This document shows positions 10,401-20,983 of a DNA stretch of 64,000 nt, one piece after another. Origin of the DNA: a bacterium (lineage in GTDB: Bacteria; SAR324; NAC60-12). The notes under the pieces were generated by a model. It searched no databases, was not told the DNA's origin, and was given only the letters and a program-made list of their open reading frames with translations. The translations under genes and the position numbers were made by a program. The DNA lies in NCBI GenBank assembly GCA_965233585.1, contig CBDDTI010000746.1, forward strand, positions 448,001-512,000, read 5' to 3'. The stretch's first letter is position 1. Each line of letters begins with the position of its first letter.

Positions 10401-10424
10401 TCCAGTCAAAGCGACGTTGGTGTG

Positions 10425-11456
10425 TTAATCCCTTTTGACGTCATTGAGTCGTTGTTTGGCAAGCTGATTGGCAACGTCGTGTGTAGATTGCTGTTGTCCT
10501 GCTTGCTGGAAGATGGTGTCTAGTTGCGAACCTATCTGTTCTATACGTTCTTTGCAGACTGCCTCACCTTCACCGCTGATGTGGGAGGAAATACTGATGA
10601 CACCACCAGCATTGATGACATAATCGGGTGCATAGAGAATACTACGTTGTGCAAGTAATTGGGCAATATCGGGACTTTGAAGCTGGTTATTTGCAGCACC
10701 TGCGACGATGCTCACCTGTAATTGTTCCACAGACTGTAAGTTGAGCGTCCCGCCAAAGGCACAAGGTGCATAAACATCAGCTTCTACATGCACATCTTCA
10801 ATCACACGAGCATCAAAATCTTCTTGAACACGTTTTAATGCTGACTCTGAAACATCTTTGACGAGTAATTCAGCACCTTCTTGATGCAGATGCTTTGCCA
10901 GTCCGTAGCCCACGCTACCAATGCCTTCAATAATGACTCTGACACCTTTCAAGTCATCAGACTGTAGCCGATGACGTGCGGCACTTTTGATGCCAAGAAA
11001 CACACCATAAGCGGTGTAAGGGGACGGAGAACCCCCGCCATCTTTGCCAGCATACACGACATGCTTGCTGAACTGACTCATACATTTGAGGTCATCAACG
11101 GTGATACCAGAGTCTTGAGTTGTGACGTAGAGACCATTCAAACGATTGACAAAGCCACTCAACGCCTTGAGTAACTCCGTTTTATCCGTACGATGAGGGT
11201 CTGCAATGACAACACATTTACCCCCACCAAAAGGCAGATTAGCCATCGCTGATTTGTAACTCATGCCCTCTGACAATCGCAAGACATCGGTCAACGCATC
11301 GTCATCGCTGGCATAGGGGAACATACGGCAGCCACCCAAAGCAGGACCTAAATTGGTGTTATGAATGCCGATGATGGCTTTGAGACCACTCTTGCGGTCT
11401 TGACAAAAAACAACTTGTTCATGGTCATTGAACTCTAAATGAGAAAAGGTACTCAT
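10425..11456 (-). CDS. Leu/Phe/Val dehydrogenase
   Basis: HEQVVFCQD, LGPALGGCRM, GGGKCVI, G.GSVG, AGAANNQL, YAPDYVINAGG. Confidence 0.92.
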   Translation of the reverse strand: MSTFSHLEFNDHEQVVFCQDRKSGLKAIIGIHNTNLGPALGGCRMFPYASDDDALTDVLRLSEGMSYKSAMANLPFGGGKCVVIADPHRTDKTELLKALSGFVNRLNGLYVTTQDSGITVDDLKCMSQFSKHVVYAGKDGGGSPSPYTAYGVFLGIKSAARHRLQSDDLKGVRVIIEGIGSVGYGLAKHLHQEGAELLVKDVSESALKRVQEDFDARVIEDVHVEADVYAPCAFGGTLNLQSVEQLQVSIVAGAANNQLQSPDIAQLLAQRSILYAPDYVINAGGVISISSHISGEGEAVCKERIEQIGSQLDTIFQQAGQQQSTHDVANQLAKQRLNDVKRD

Positions 11457-11778
11457 GTATTGACTCCTGTTAGTAAAGTTAGTTAAAAGCTAGTGAAACG
11501 TGTCTTTGGCTCATCATCTGTTTGTTCTCTCTTGAGACGTATTATTCTGCTGAACAGCAAAAAAACTTGATGACAAAACCACATATTGAGAATCATCACA
11601 AAACTAACCAAGAATTGTAGCATCATCATCATTTTTTACAACTCTACACTGTCATCTACTATGATGCCTCATCATCACAAGCATTCATTCACACTAGCAA
11701 ACAATGCCAACAAGCTAGGTTTGACAATGACCTCTTGACTCCCTCCCTCTTCAATTTCAAATTATTTTAAGCAAGGGC

Positions 11779-11807
11779 TTGCGTTTTTTTTTGTACATGT
11801 ATATTAT
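11779..11807 (+). promoter_or_regulatory. Putative sigma70 promoter TTGCGT-N17-TATTAT with T9 tract
   Basis: Hexamers and 17-bp spacing read directly; 131 bp upstream of lipoprotein ATG. Confidence 0.5.
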
Positions 11808-11938
11808 ATCGCTAATTATTCTTTAACTCTCATTTAAAAAAGTTTCAGGCAAAGAAAAGTCTTTGAAACCTGCAAGCATGCAGACTTCAAAGACCTTTTG
11901 CAAATCATTTTTCTAACTCCAACATCAAAGGAATCATC

Positions 11939-12517
11939 ATGCAACATCTCATCTTCAACACAAAAAAACTCATCAAACTCACAACAGCAGGTGTTATAGG
12001 TTTAAGTAGTATTACAGGTTGTGGAAGTGGAGATTCAGGTTCTCCCGGAAGTAATAATAATAATAAAGATGGTGAAAAAGTAGAAGAAGAAAAAGTAGAA
12101 ATGTGTAATAATATTTATTCTAAAAGTGATAAAGAAGCTTTTAAAAAAGAATTCAATAAAATAAATAATTCCAGAGTCAATTATATGACTCATTTAGATA
12201 GAAATGGAAATATTTGTGTAGTAGGAGGAGGAGATGTAGAAGTTTTTACTTTTTTGAAAGAATTTAGAGATGCCCCTGAAGAGATTCGTTATGTAGATAA
12301 TATGGGATGTGGCCATCTTCCATTTTCTCCTATCAAGTATTCCAAAAATATTAGGTATTTACTTGATACTAATAGTAGTTCTATAAAAGAAGGAATTAAA
12401 CGATTAAGAGAGGGAATGCATTATTTAAAATTGGAAGATAAGATACAAGAAGATCCAGGATTTGATATTAATTCAACTCAAAAATATATTAAGGTTAGAA
12501 TTTCAAAAGAGTGTTAA
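11939..12517 (+). CDS. Hypothetical lipoprotein, markedly AT-rich
   Basis: Lipobox ITGC followed by Gly/Ser/Asn linker; composition visibly more AT-rich than neighbours. Confidence 0.75.
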   Translation: MQHLIFNTKKLIKLTTAGVIGLSSITGCGSGDSGSPGSNNNNKDGEKVEEEKVEMCNNIYSKSDKEAFKKEFNKINNSRVNYMTHLDRNGNICVVGGGDVEVFTFLKEFRDAPEEIRYVDNMGCGHLPFSPIKYSKNIRYLLDTNSSSIKEGIKRLREGMHYLKLEDKIQEDPGFDINSTQKYIKVRISKEC

Positions 12518-12522
12518 ATGAT

Positions 12523-13896
12523 TCAAAAACGAATCTGTAGTTTTTTGATGTGTTGAATGAATCTTTGGTTAATGGTGGATTCTTGGGCATGTTGGTTGTC
12601 TTTGATAACCCAACGTCCTTTGACAAGCGTCCCGTAAAAATGGGGGTGCGTGTAAAGCATGGTCGCAGTTAAGTTTTGGGTGCTAGTGCAAGCCAGCAGT
12701 GGAGTCTTGGCATCAATGATGAGCGCATTCAAAGGGAATCCTTCTTTGAAAAAACGAGGTTCTGCATGCCCCATCGCCTTTCTGCCTGTAATGGTGCATC
12801 GCTGCAATGCCATCAATGCTGCGTCTCCTTGAAAAGTATCCCGTTGGTGAGAAACAAGACGTTGTCCGTAATCTAGCCATCGCAATTCCTCCAATGGATT
12901 CAATCCGATGTGGCTATCTGTGCCAATGCTGAAAGACCCACCAGAGTTGATGAAAGTTTGCACATCAAACAACCCATCGCCTAAATTCCCCTCCGTGCTA
13001 GGACACAACACAACATTTGCTTGACTTTTCACAATCATTTGCAACTCATCTTGGCTTAAATGTGTGGCATGGACAAGGTGGTAATTTTCATTGACAGGCA
13101 GATGCTGACAAAGCCACTGGACAGGTCGTTGTCCCAGATGAGCAAGACAATCGTCCACTTCTTGCAACTGTTCGCTGATGTGTATGTGTAACGGCACGTC
13201 ATCGGGTTTGTCTAGGGCAACCTGTTTCATCTCTTCTGTGCCAACTCCACGCATGGAGTGTAGCCCATAAGCAACGTTGGCATCTTCATACAAGCTGGCA
13301 CTTTTGATGCTGGCTTCTAACAGCTTGTAGTATTCATCAACATTTTTAGAGATAAAGCGAATTTGACGGGGATTAGGAGGCTGACCAAATCCCCCTTTTT
13401 GATAGAAAATTGGGATTAAAGTCAGCCCGATTCCTACTTCTTTTGCGGCACAAATCAAACGTTCTCCCATTTCAGCAAGATGACGATAAGCATTGCCAGA
13501 TGACTCGTGATGCAAATAATGAAATTCGGCAACATGCGTGTAGCCATGCTTCAACATCTCTTTATACAACATGGAGGCAATGGCTTCTAAATCCTCTGGT
13601 TCTAAGGTCAAAGCGATTTGATACATCGCCTCTCTCCAGCTCCAAAAACTGTCTTGCAAACCATTGGTTGCGTGGTTTTCTGCCAAGCCTGCCATCGCAT
13701 ATTGAAAAGCGTGAGAATGAGCATTTTGAAACCCGGGTAACGCATACCCATCAACAGACTCTACTAAGGCTTGGTCGTCATCTTGGATTGTTGATGCAAT
13801 AGAAACGATGTTGCCTGCATCATTGACTTTGACAAAGGCGTCTTGCAACCAACCTTCATTTTGTAAAATCCCTTTGAAATAATAGACTTTTTCCAT
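12523..13896 (-). CDS. hutF: Formimidoylglutamate deiminase
   Basis: NAHSHAFQ, DSFWSWRE.MY, VAEFHYLHH, HIHISEQ, CPSTEGNLGDG, IGTDSH; hut context. Confidence 0.93.
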   Translation of the reverse strand: MEKVYYFKGILQNEGWLQDAFVKVNDAGNIVSIASTIQDDDQALVESVDGYALPGFQNAHSHAFQYAMAGLAENHATNGLQDSFWSWREAMYQIALTLEPEDLEAIASMLYKEMLKHGYTHVAEFHYLHHESSGNAYRHLAEMGERLICAAKEVGIGLTLIPIFYQKGGFGQPPNPRQIRFISKNVDEYYKLLEASIKSASLYEDANVAYGLHSMRGVGTEEMKQVALDKPDDVPLHIHISEQLQEVDDCLAHLGQRPVQWLCQHLPVNENYHLVHATHLSQDELQMIVKSQANVVLCPSTEGNLGDGLFDVQTFINSGGSFSIGTDSHIGLNPLEELRWLDYGQRLVSHQRDTFQGDAALMALQRCTITGRKAMGHAEPRFFKEGFPLNALIIDAKTPLLACTSTQNLTATMLYTHPHFYGTLVKGRWVIKDNQHAQESTINQRFIQHIKKLQIRF

Positions 13897-13930
13897 TTTT
13901 TAATTCTCTTAAATCTTTTTTCAAGTCTTT

Positions 13931-14737
13931 TTAAATCTTTTCTAACGTTTGAATGAGATTGACAAACATGTCTTTTAAAATGCCTCTGATGTGTTGTGCT
14001 TTGCTTTCATTGTAATGACGTTCGGTCTCGTCCATGTAATTTGTCTTTGCCATCTCCAGTTGGAGTGCATGAATCTTTTGTTTAGGATTGCCGAAGTTTC
14101 TGGTGATATAGCCCCCTTTGAATGGGTGATTGTGTGAAAACTCATATTGAGAGTCATTGAGGCTTTGCAAAGCCGTTTCTATGAGTTCTTGGCTGGCACT
14201 TTGTAAATCATTATCCCCCAAAATCAAATCAGGGAAAGGAGTGTTTTGAATGGTGGGGACAGATTTTTTGATAGAGTGTGCATCAAACAACAACACGTGT
14301 CCAAATGTTCTTTGGTGTTGTTCCAGCAATTCTTTGACCTTGTTGTGATAGGGCATGTAATAAGCGTCAAGTCGTCTTTGAATCTCTTTTTGTGTTGGAA
14401 TGTTGCTTGGCTGTCTGTAAATCTGATGCCCAAGAAAATCACAATGAGGCACTAAAGAAGTCGTGACTCTCCCATCATTATAAAGTGGTTGGTCGTGTAA
14501 AGAACGATTGAGGTCAATCACATATCTACTATACTTTGCACGAATCATGGTGATTCCCAAATCCCCTACAAAATCATAAAGCCTGTCAACAAACCAATCT
14601 GTGTCATCAGGATTTTGCAAGACTTGGGGCATGTAATCAGCAGCAATATCTTGCGGAAAGAGTTCGCCACAATGGGGGACGCTCACAACGATTGGCACAG
14701 AAGGCGTTGTCGGTTCAATCACATCATAAGGTAACAT
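13931..14737 (-). CDS. hutG: N-formylglutamate deformylase/amidohydrolase
   Basis: SVPH.G, DTDWFVD.LY, SRYVIDLNR, DAHSI, PFKGGYITR, HALQLE. Confidence 0.92.
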   Translation of the reverse strand: MLPYDVIEPTTPSVPIVVSVPHCGELFPQDIAADYMPQVLQNPDDTDWFVDRLYDFVGDLGITMIRAKYSRYVIDLNRSLHDQPLYNDGRVTTSLVPHCDFLGHQIYRQPSNIPTQKEIQRRLDAYYMPYHNKVKELLEQHQRTFGHVLLFDAHSIKKSVPTIQNTPFPDLILGDNDLQSASQELIETALQSLNDSQYEFSHNHPFKGGYITRNFGNPKQKIHALQLEMAKTNYMDETERHYNESKAQHIRGILKDMFVNLIQTLEKI

Positions 14738-14749
14738 ATCAATTTTTGA

Positions 14750-15457
14750 CTAAAGGACGGGTTCTGACACAGAGTAAAGTTTATATCTGGAAGAGGGGTA
14801 ATAAAGTTTGGAATAACTGGCAACTTTGTGATTGCAAAAGACCACTCTTGAGACAGCCAGACAAGGTTCAGATTCTCCTATTTCCAAAGCATGACAGGTT
14901 TCAGGCTGGCTTTTAACTGCTTCTATCGTATTTTCTACTTTTTGTGCAGGACAACGTTTTTGTAAGTATTCATTGGGGGTCATTTTTTTAAAATCTTGCT
15001 GCAGATAGTCAGGGCATAACGCTGGGTTGATATAGCGAACGTCAAAGCGGACTGGAACGTCATTTTCTTGATGTATGATTTGGGAAGTAAAGATTTTCTG
15101 GTCTGTGACAACTCCCATGACTGCAGCAACTTCTACACTGGCTTTGATTTCTTCTAATTTGTTAATTTTGTTGCTGTAACAATTCCCTCGTTGCTGAATC
15201 TCATCAACAATGTTTCTCAGCTCCAAAATGGAGGTCTGCGGCTTTTGAAAGCAAACAAAACTTCCACTCCTTGGAAACCTCCGAATCCAACCTTCTATGG
15301 CTAATTGACTCAATGCTTTATTGACAGTCTGCCTTGTTGTCTTGAATTGAATAGATAACTCACTCTCTGTGGGAATCTTGTCGTTGAACACAAATGTCTT
15401 GTCCAATATCTGTTGCTTAATAAAGTTCTTAATCTGCTTAAAAATCGCTTCACTCAT
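14750..15457 (-). CDS. hutC: Histidine utilisation repressor (GntR HTH + UTRA)
   Basis: IPTESEL..F..TRQTVNKAL..GSGSFV; C-terminal UTRA; hut context. Confidence 0.88.
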   Translation of the reverse strand: MSEAIFKQIKNFIKQQILDKTFVFNDKIPTESELSIQFKTTRQTVNKALSQLAIEGWIRRFPRSGSFVCFQKPQTSILELRNIVDEIQQRGNCYSNKINKLEEIKASVEVAAVMGVVTDQKIFTSQIIHQENDVPVRFDVRYINPALCPDYLQQDFKKMTPNEYLQKRCPAQKVENTIEAVKSQPETCHALEIGESEPCLAVSRVVFCNHKVASYSKLYYPSSRYKLYSVSEPVL

Positions 15458-15522
15458 AAATTTTTTAAATCATAGACAGAATGCAAAGGTTTGTTGTTCG
15501 GTTTTAAAAGTCTTAAATAGAA

Positions 15523-16287
15523 TTAAATAGAATTGACAAATCCACCATCTATGTAGAGAATCTGCCCCGTGATGTAAGATGCTGAGTCAGAACATAAAAA
15601 GACACTTGCCCCCATGAGGTCTTCTAAATTCCCAAAACGTTGCATTGGAATCTTGCTAAGCATTTGGTCTTGCCATGCTTGGTTTTCGTAAAATCCTGCT
15701 GTCATGTCCGTATAAAAATAACCTGGGGCAATGCCATTGACCCGAATCCCAACGCTTGCCCACTCGCTAGACAAGGCTTTGGTCATGCCTGCTAATCCTG
15801 ATTTGGAGGAGGTATAAGGAACGGCAGTAGGTATGCCAACGGCACTGGTCAAGGAACAGACGTTTAAAATGCTTCTCTTGTTGTGTTGGCAAGGCAAATT
15901 GGCAAAGGCACGTGAACAAAAAAATGCCCCTTTTAAATTGGTGTCAAGAATCATATCCCAAAGGCTTTCATCAACGTCTTGACTGGCTTGAACTTGTTCT
16001 ATTCCTGCATTGTTGACCAAGATGTCTATTGCACCAAACTTTTGATGAATCTCTTCAAAAAACTGATCAATCGCTTGTTTGTTTTTGACGTCTAACTCAT
16101 AAGCAGATGCTTTGATGCCCAGTGCCTCAAGCTCTTGCTTCTTCTGTGATAGTTGTTCTAGCTTTCTTCCTGTGATGATGATGTTTGCCCCTGCTTGGGC
16201 AAATGCCGTAGCGATTGCCCCCCCAATGCCTTTTCTGCTACCTGTCATCACAGCGGTTTTTTCTGTTAAATCAATCGTAAAACTCAT
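15523..16287 (-). CDS. SDR family NAD(P)-dependent oxidoreductase
   Basis: TGSRKGIG, NNAG, YTSSK, VNGIAPGYF. Confidence 0.9.
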   Translation of the reverse strand: MSFTIDLTEKTAVMTGSRKGIGGAIATAFAQAGANIIITGRKLEQLSQKKQELEALGIKASAYELDVKNKQAIDQFFEEIHQKFGAIDILVNNAGIEQVQASQDVDESLWDMILDTNLKGAFFCSRAFANLPCQHNKRSILNVCSLTSAVGIPTAVPYTSSKSGLAGMTKALSSEWASVGIRVNGIAPGYFYTDMTAGFYENQAWQDQMLSKIPMQRFGNLEDLMGASVFLCSDSASYITGQILYIDGGFVNSI

Positions 16288-16290
16288 TTG

Positions 16291-17445
16291 TTATAGTTGG
16301 ATTAAATGTTGGTTCAAGTCTTCAAGCCTTTGGCATCGGATCTGTTCCAAGACTTGCTTCAGTTGAACTTTTAAAATGTTGATGGTGTGTGTTCCCCCTT
16401 TTTTCCCAAGGGTTGCAACGCCATACATCAAAGGACGTCCCACTAACACAGCTTTTGCTCCCACTGCCAGTGCTTTGGCAATGTCCACACCAGAGCGAAT
16501 GCCACTGTCAAAAAGAATCGTCATTTGATGTCCATAAGTCTGGCTAATCTCTCCAAGCACTTCCAAAGGGGACAATCCTGCATCAAACTGCCTTGCTCCA
16601 TGGTTGGAAACCACAATGCCATCTGCCCCAATTTCATAAGCACGTTGAGCATCTTGCAGACTCATCACTCCTTTTAAAATCAAAACACCCTTCCATTCAT
16701 CACGGAAACGTTTGAGCAATTCAAAGGTCACCTGTTGTTTGTCTAAAAGGGTTTGAGTGATTTGTAAGTGAGTTGGGTTTTTGGGCAAGTAAGGGGTAAA
16801 GTTTTCAAAGGTAGGCAAGCCATGTTTGAGTGTTTCCAGACACCAATAAGGTTTTTTGATGGCTTGGGCAAACATTTTTGGTCCGACTCTGGGGGGAATG
16901 CCTAAACCATTTTTGATGTCATCAGGGCGAAAAGTGACGCTTGGAATGTCAATGGTATAAACCAACACTTGGTAACCAGCCCTGTGAATCCGTTGCATCA
17001 AGTCTTTTTGAACATCAGGATTTTTGGGTTGGTAAAGTTGAAACCATGCCTTGCCTTCACTCAAACTCGCCGCTTTTTCTAAACTGATGGTCGTCACCGT
17101 GCTAGTAACCACAGGGACATTTGCTTGGACTGCCGCTTGAATGAGGATTTTGGGAGATTGAGGCCACATCATGTCCTGAAATCCGATGGGGGCAACACCC
17201 ATAGGTGCATCATAAACCCTGCCAAAAAGGTCAACTTTGGTCTCTACTGACTCACAAGTTTTAATATAGTGAGGTTCTAACTTGATTTTTTTAAACGCCT
17301 GTTGATTATGCGCTAAACCTTCATCTTCATTGGCGCCTCCTTCCAAATAATCCCAAGCAAATTGAGGCAGTCGCCGATGGGCAACCTTTCTTAAATCTCT
17401 GACGCTAGGGTAGCGGTAATCATACCAAAGTTGGTCATTCATCAA
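16291..17445 (-). CDS. FMN-dependent alpha-hydroxy acid dehydrogenase/oxidase
   Basis: DYLEGGA, WFQLY, LKGV, VSNHGARQ, DSGIRSG, GRP motifs. Confidence 0.92.
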   Translation of the reverse strand: MMNDQLWYDYRYPSVRDLRKVAHRRLPQFAWDYLEGGANEDEGLAHNQQAFKKIKLEPHYIKTCESVETKVDLFGRVYDAPMGVAPIGFQDMMWPQSPKILIQAAVQANVPVVTSTVTTISLEKAASLSEGKAWFQLYQPKNPDVQKDLMQRIHRAGYQVLVYTIDIPSVTFRPDDIKNGLGIPPRVGPKMFAQAIKKPYWCLETLKHGLPTFENFTPYLPKNPTHLQITQTLLDKQQVTFELLKRFRDEWKGVLILKGVMSLQDAQRAYEIGADGIVVSNHGARQFDAGLSPLEVLGEISQTYGHQMTILFDSGIRSGVDIAKALAVGAKAVLVGRPLMYGVATLGKKGGTHTINILKVQLKQVLEQIRCQRLEDLNQHLIQL

Positions 17446-18578
17446 TGTTGCTTGGCTTGGAATTGTTGCGCATATTGACTTGCTAAGTGGATATTGTCAA
17501 TGATGAGCTGGTTCGTCACGTCTGGCAAAGAAGCGTGAATGCCTGTGGAATCTTGATTGATTACAGAAGCAACCTCTTCCCATCTTTCTGATGAAAGGTG
17601 TGCAAGACCCAGCTCTTCCAAAGTGGTAGGCAACCCTAGCTGGGTCAGTAATTCCAACAATTCATCAATTTCTTCATCAGGATAGTTTTCTATCATCATC
17701 AAAACAATCACCCCAAAAGCCACGAGTTCCCCATGATAGAATTGATGAGCCTCTTCAAGTGTAGAAATTCCAATGTAAACTGCATGAGCAGCAGACACAC
17801 CGCAGTTTTCAAAACCCAAGCCACTAAGTAAAGTATTGGCTTCAATGACCTTCTCCAAAGATTCAGTACAAAGATGATGTTCTGCACTCATTTTTGCCTT
17901 GACTCCATGTTGTTTGATGGTGTCATAGCAACTTTGGGCAATCGCCATGGAGGCAAGAGTCGGCTGGTATCCTGTCTGATATGCAGTAGAAACAAAATTG
18001 AATCCTTGCGTTTGATGGTTAGAAAGTGCCTCAAAAGAAGTCGCAATGCAATCGCCCATGCCTGCCACTAAAAACCTAACAGGTGCTTGGGCAATCAATG
18101 CACTATCTACCAACACTAAAGACGGACTTTGACGGCATTGATGGATAGAGTCAAATTGTCCGCAAGCTGAATTGACCACTGCAATCGCACTGGTTGGTGC
18201 ATCGTTAGCAACGATCGTAGGAACAGAGACCATGATGGCTTGGGACTGGTCTGCAACTACTTTGGCACAATCAATGGCTTTTCCACCGCCTATGCCAACG
18301 ATGACACGACTCTTGAAATCATGTGCTTTCTGTCTCAAACGTTCTATCTCCTCCGGACAACACTCCCCACCAAAAACACATCGCTCTGCCTCCATTTTTT
18401 CAGAATGGAATAATTTCTGAATCATGCCTCCCATTTTTTGTTCTATCAACGCATCAATGATGATGAAGATAGGCATGTTCTCACCCAAAAAATCCTTAAG
18501 ATGCTTGGCTAAGGTTTGAATTGCATCTTGACCTTGTATGTATCTGCTAGGACTACCAAATCCTCTATAACTCATCAT
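17442..18578 (-). CDS. Glycerol dehydrogenase-like metal-dependent polyol dehydrogenase
   Basis: SPSRYIQG, GIGGGK.ID.AK, PT....DAP.S, GMGD, AAHA, HGE.VAFG; start placed at MMSYR overlapping the hisD-like stop. Confidence 0.88.
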   Translation of the reverse strand: MMSYRGFGSPSRYIQGQDAIQTLAKHLKDFLGENMPIFIIIDALIEQKMGGMIQKLFHSEKMEAERCVFGGECCPEEIERLRQKAHDFKSRVIVGIGGGKAIDCAKVVADQSQAIMVSVPTIVANDAPTSAIAVVNSACGQFDSIHQCRQSPSLVLVDSALIAQAPVRFLVAGMGDCIATSFEALSNHQTQGFNFVSTAYQTGYQPTLASMAIAQSCYDTIKQHGVKAKMSAEHHLCTESLEKVIEANTLLSGLGFENCGVSAAHAVYIGISTLEEAHQFYHGELVAFGVIVLMMIENYPDEEIDELLELLTQLGLPTTLEELGLAHLSSERWEEVASVINQDSTGIHASLPDVTNQLIIDNIHLASQYAQQFQAKQH

Positions 18579-19893
18579 TAAATGCCTTTTTTCTGAGGTG
18601 AGAGACAGCGTTGGCATGTCCGTCAAATCCTTCATATTTGGCAAAATCATGCACATAAGAAGACACAGAGTCGTATCCTTTTTGAGTCACGTAACCAATG
18701 GAGATGGTTTTGAAGTAATCATACACCCCTAATGCTGATTTGGTACGTGCGGCAAAATGAGTTGGCAACACGGCATTAGGTCCCAAAGTAAAGTTTCCAA
18801 TACAACAAGGAAGATGCTCACCAAGCAAGATTTCCCCAGCATTTTGAATGGCATCTAAATAGTCATAGGGAGTTTTGCTGTGAATTTGCAAATGTTCAGG
18901 TGCGAAGTCATTGACAAAGTTGATGGCATCTTGCATCGTTTTTGTCAGAATGACTCCGCCACTTTGGGAAAGCACTGTCTGGGAATACCCCGCACGTTCT
19001 TCTCCCATCTTCTGCCAAAACTTTGGAATCGCACCTAAGGCTTCTTTGGCAACCCTTTCACAATCGGTCACCAAATAAGCAGAACTATCAGGACCATGTT
19101 CTGACTCTACTAACATATCCAACGCTGCCACTTGTCCATTGGCAGTGTCATCAGCCAAAACAATCGCTTCACTCGGACCTGCCTCAATTCCTGGGTCCAA
19201 AAACTCACTTAACAAGACTTTAGCAGCCAAGACAAAAGGGCTTCCCGGTCCAATGATTTTTTGGCATTTGGGAACGGTTTTTGTGCCATAAGCCACCGCT
19301 GCAACACCAACAGCCCCACCGCATTTATAAACTTTTTCTATGCCTGCTAATTTTGCAGCAACCAACGTAGCAGTGTCTATTTGCCCATCAGGTCCCGGGG
19401 GGGTGATGATGATTGGATTCTTCACACCTGCCACAACTGCTGGGACAGCAGTCATCATCACAACGCTAGGAAACGAACCTTTTCCACGGGGGACGTAACA
19501 TGCCACAGACTCTAGGGAGACAATTTTTTCTCCTGCAAAGACGCCTGGGTGCATCTCTTTAAGCCACATAGATTGGGGCATTTGTGCTTGGTGAAACCGC
19601 TTGACATTGTCAATGGAAAATTTCAAAACCTCCAGCATTCTTGGACTGATTTTTTGGAAAGCTTCGTCAAAGTCTGATTCACTTGCGGCGATGGTTTGTG
19701 TCGTGATTTCAGCGTGGTCTAAATCTTTTGCAAAGCGAACGATGGCATCATCACCTTCTGCTTGAACTGCCTGAATAATCGGTTTCACCTTGTCTTGAAA
19801 ACTTGCTAAATCAAGACTAGAACGTTGTAAAAGTTTGTGTCTATCTGATTCATTTAAATCGGATAATTGATAGTAGTTGATTGTATGAGTCAT
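18565..19893 (-). CDS. Histidinol dehydrogenase homolog (non-canonical subfamily)
   Basis: HisD fold motifs (AGPSE, APEHL, GHANAV) but YVPRGKGSFPS, ESEH, GNF, GPNAVLPT differ from biosynthetic HisD. Confidence 0.85.
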   Translation of the reverse strand: MTHTINYYQLSDLNESDRHKLLQRSSLDLASFQDKVKPIIQAVQAEGDDAIVRFAKDLDHAEITTQTIAASESDFDEAFQKISPRMLEVLKFSIDNVKRFHQAQMPQSMWLKEMHPGVFAGEKIVSLESVACYVPRGKGSFPSVVMMTAVPAVVAGVKNPIIITPPGPDGQIDTATLVAAKLAGIEKVYKCGGAVGVAAVAYGTKTVPKCQKIIGPGSPFVLAAKVLLSEFLDPGIEAGPSEAIVLADDTANGQVAALDMLVESEHGPDSSAYLVTDCERVAKEALGAIPKFWQKMGEERAGYSQTVLSQSGGVILTKTMQDAINFVNDFAPEHLQIHSKTPYDYLDAIQNAGEILLGEHLPCCIGNFTLGPNAVLPTHFAARTKSALGVYDYFKTISIGYVTQKGYDSVSSYVHDFAKYEGFDGHANAVSHLRKKAFNDEL

Positions 19894-20019
19894 ATTGATT
19901 TTTGATGAAATAGAATGAGATATTTAGCAAATTTTTAGCAATAATTAGTCATGTTTGGAAGTGTTTAGTCATTTAACCGTATTGTCAACAATGCCTGCTT
20001 TGTTACCTCCTTTGTAAAA

Positions 20020-20077
20020 ACATAACGTTTAAGTTTATCCACCGAGGAACGACGTCGGCTGGGGCGATTTGTTATAC
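20020..20077 (-). mobile_element. attC-like integron cassette recombination site (58 bp)
   Basis: Minus strand GTATAAC-AAATCGCCCCAGCCGACGTCGTTCCTCGGTGGATAAACTTAAAC-GTTATGT; R'' box overlaps the methylase TAA stop; resembles aadA-type attC. Confidence 0.7.
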
Positions 20078-20983
20078 ACTATAGACTACTCCTTGTTCAA
20101 ACAATGCCAACTGAACTGGATTTTCTTGCTCTACACTTTTAGGTGTTGGAATATCGTAGTTAGTAATAAGAGCTTCAATCATTGGGTTTCTATTTTTTTC
20201 ACTTCCACCAATATGATAAAAATGTTCTCTTGTTAAAACATTAAACTGCCTCCATATTAAATCAATATGCTTATTTTCACGGAAATCATTGTGGTGCCAT
20301 GTTGATAGAATGAATTTACTTTTACTTTTGGATAAAGCATCAAAAAGCAATCTTTCCATGTCTACATTCCACCCATTGAAATAGTCTGTGTGTCTATCTA
20401 TGTAGGGTGGGTCGCAATAAATAATGTCAGAATTTTGTGCTTCTGCAATCGTTTTTTCAAATGATTGACATATCAATTCAATTTTTTTTGAGGACATTAT
20501 ATGGCTAATATGGTCAATCTGATTGGTAATTTTGGTAATGTAAGCTTGCGCAAATCGTTGTGGCTTTCTGCAAAAAGGCGTATTAAAATCACCTTTTCGG
20601 TTAAACCGAATCATTCCATTAAAACTTGCTCTATTCAAAAACAAAAAATCCAGTGGACAATGTTTATTATTAAATCTATCTCTCACTTTATAATAATGAG
20701 AATTACCTTCTTCAAGCAGTAAAGACCCCTCTTTAATAAGATATGATTTAACTCTGCTAGGAGTAATTTCACCATTTGCTATTGCTTGATAAAATTCTAT
20801 TAAGTGTGGGTTAGTGTCACTTAATAAAGCATCATTTGGAATAAGATTAAATCCAACAACGCCTGTTCCCATGAACGGTTCTATCCATCTTCCTCTGAAA
20901 TTTGAAGGAATAATTGAATTTATCCAGGGGACTAATTTGGTTTTTATCCCTTGGGATTTTATGGGAGGAACATGAACTTTCAT
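20072..20983 (-). CDS. Dam-family N6-adenine methyltransferase, M.EcoRV-like
   Basis: [16 protein letters not shown]-terminus as in M.EcoRV; EPFMGTG, DPPY motifs. Confidence 0.92.
   Translation of the reverse strand: MKVHVPPIKSQGIKTKLVPWINSIIPSNFRGRWIEPFMGTGVVGFNLIPNDALLSDTNPHLIEFYQAIANGEITPSRVKSYLIKEGSLLLEEGNSHYYKVRDRFNNKHCPLDFLFLNRASFNGMIRFNRKGDFNTPFCRKPQRFAQAYITKITNQIDHISHIMSSKKIELICQSFEKTIAEAQNSDIIYCDPPYIDRHTDYFNGWNVDMERLLFDALSKSKSKFILSTWHHNDFRENKHIDLIWRQFNVLTREHFYHIGGSEKNRNPMIEALITNYDIPTPKSVEQENPVQLALFEQGVVYSV

Noticed and set aside
18565..19893. Calling this biosynthetic hisD or hpsN
   Set aside because: Key motifs deviate from HisD, no his operon context, and no sulfonate-catabolism genes nearby
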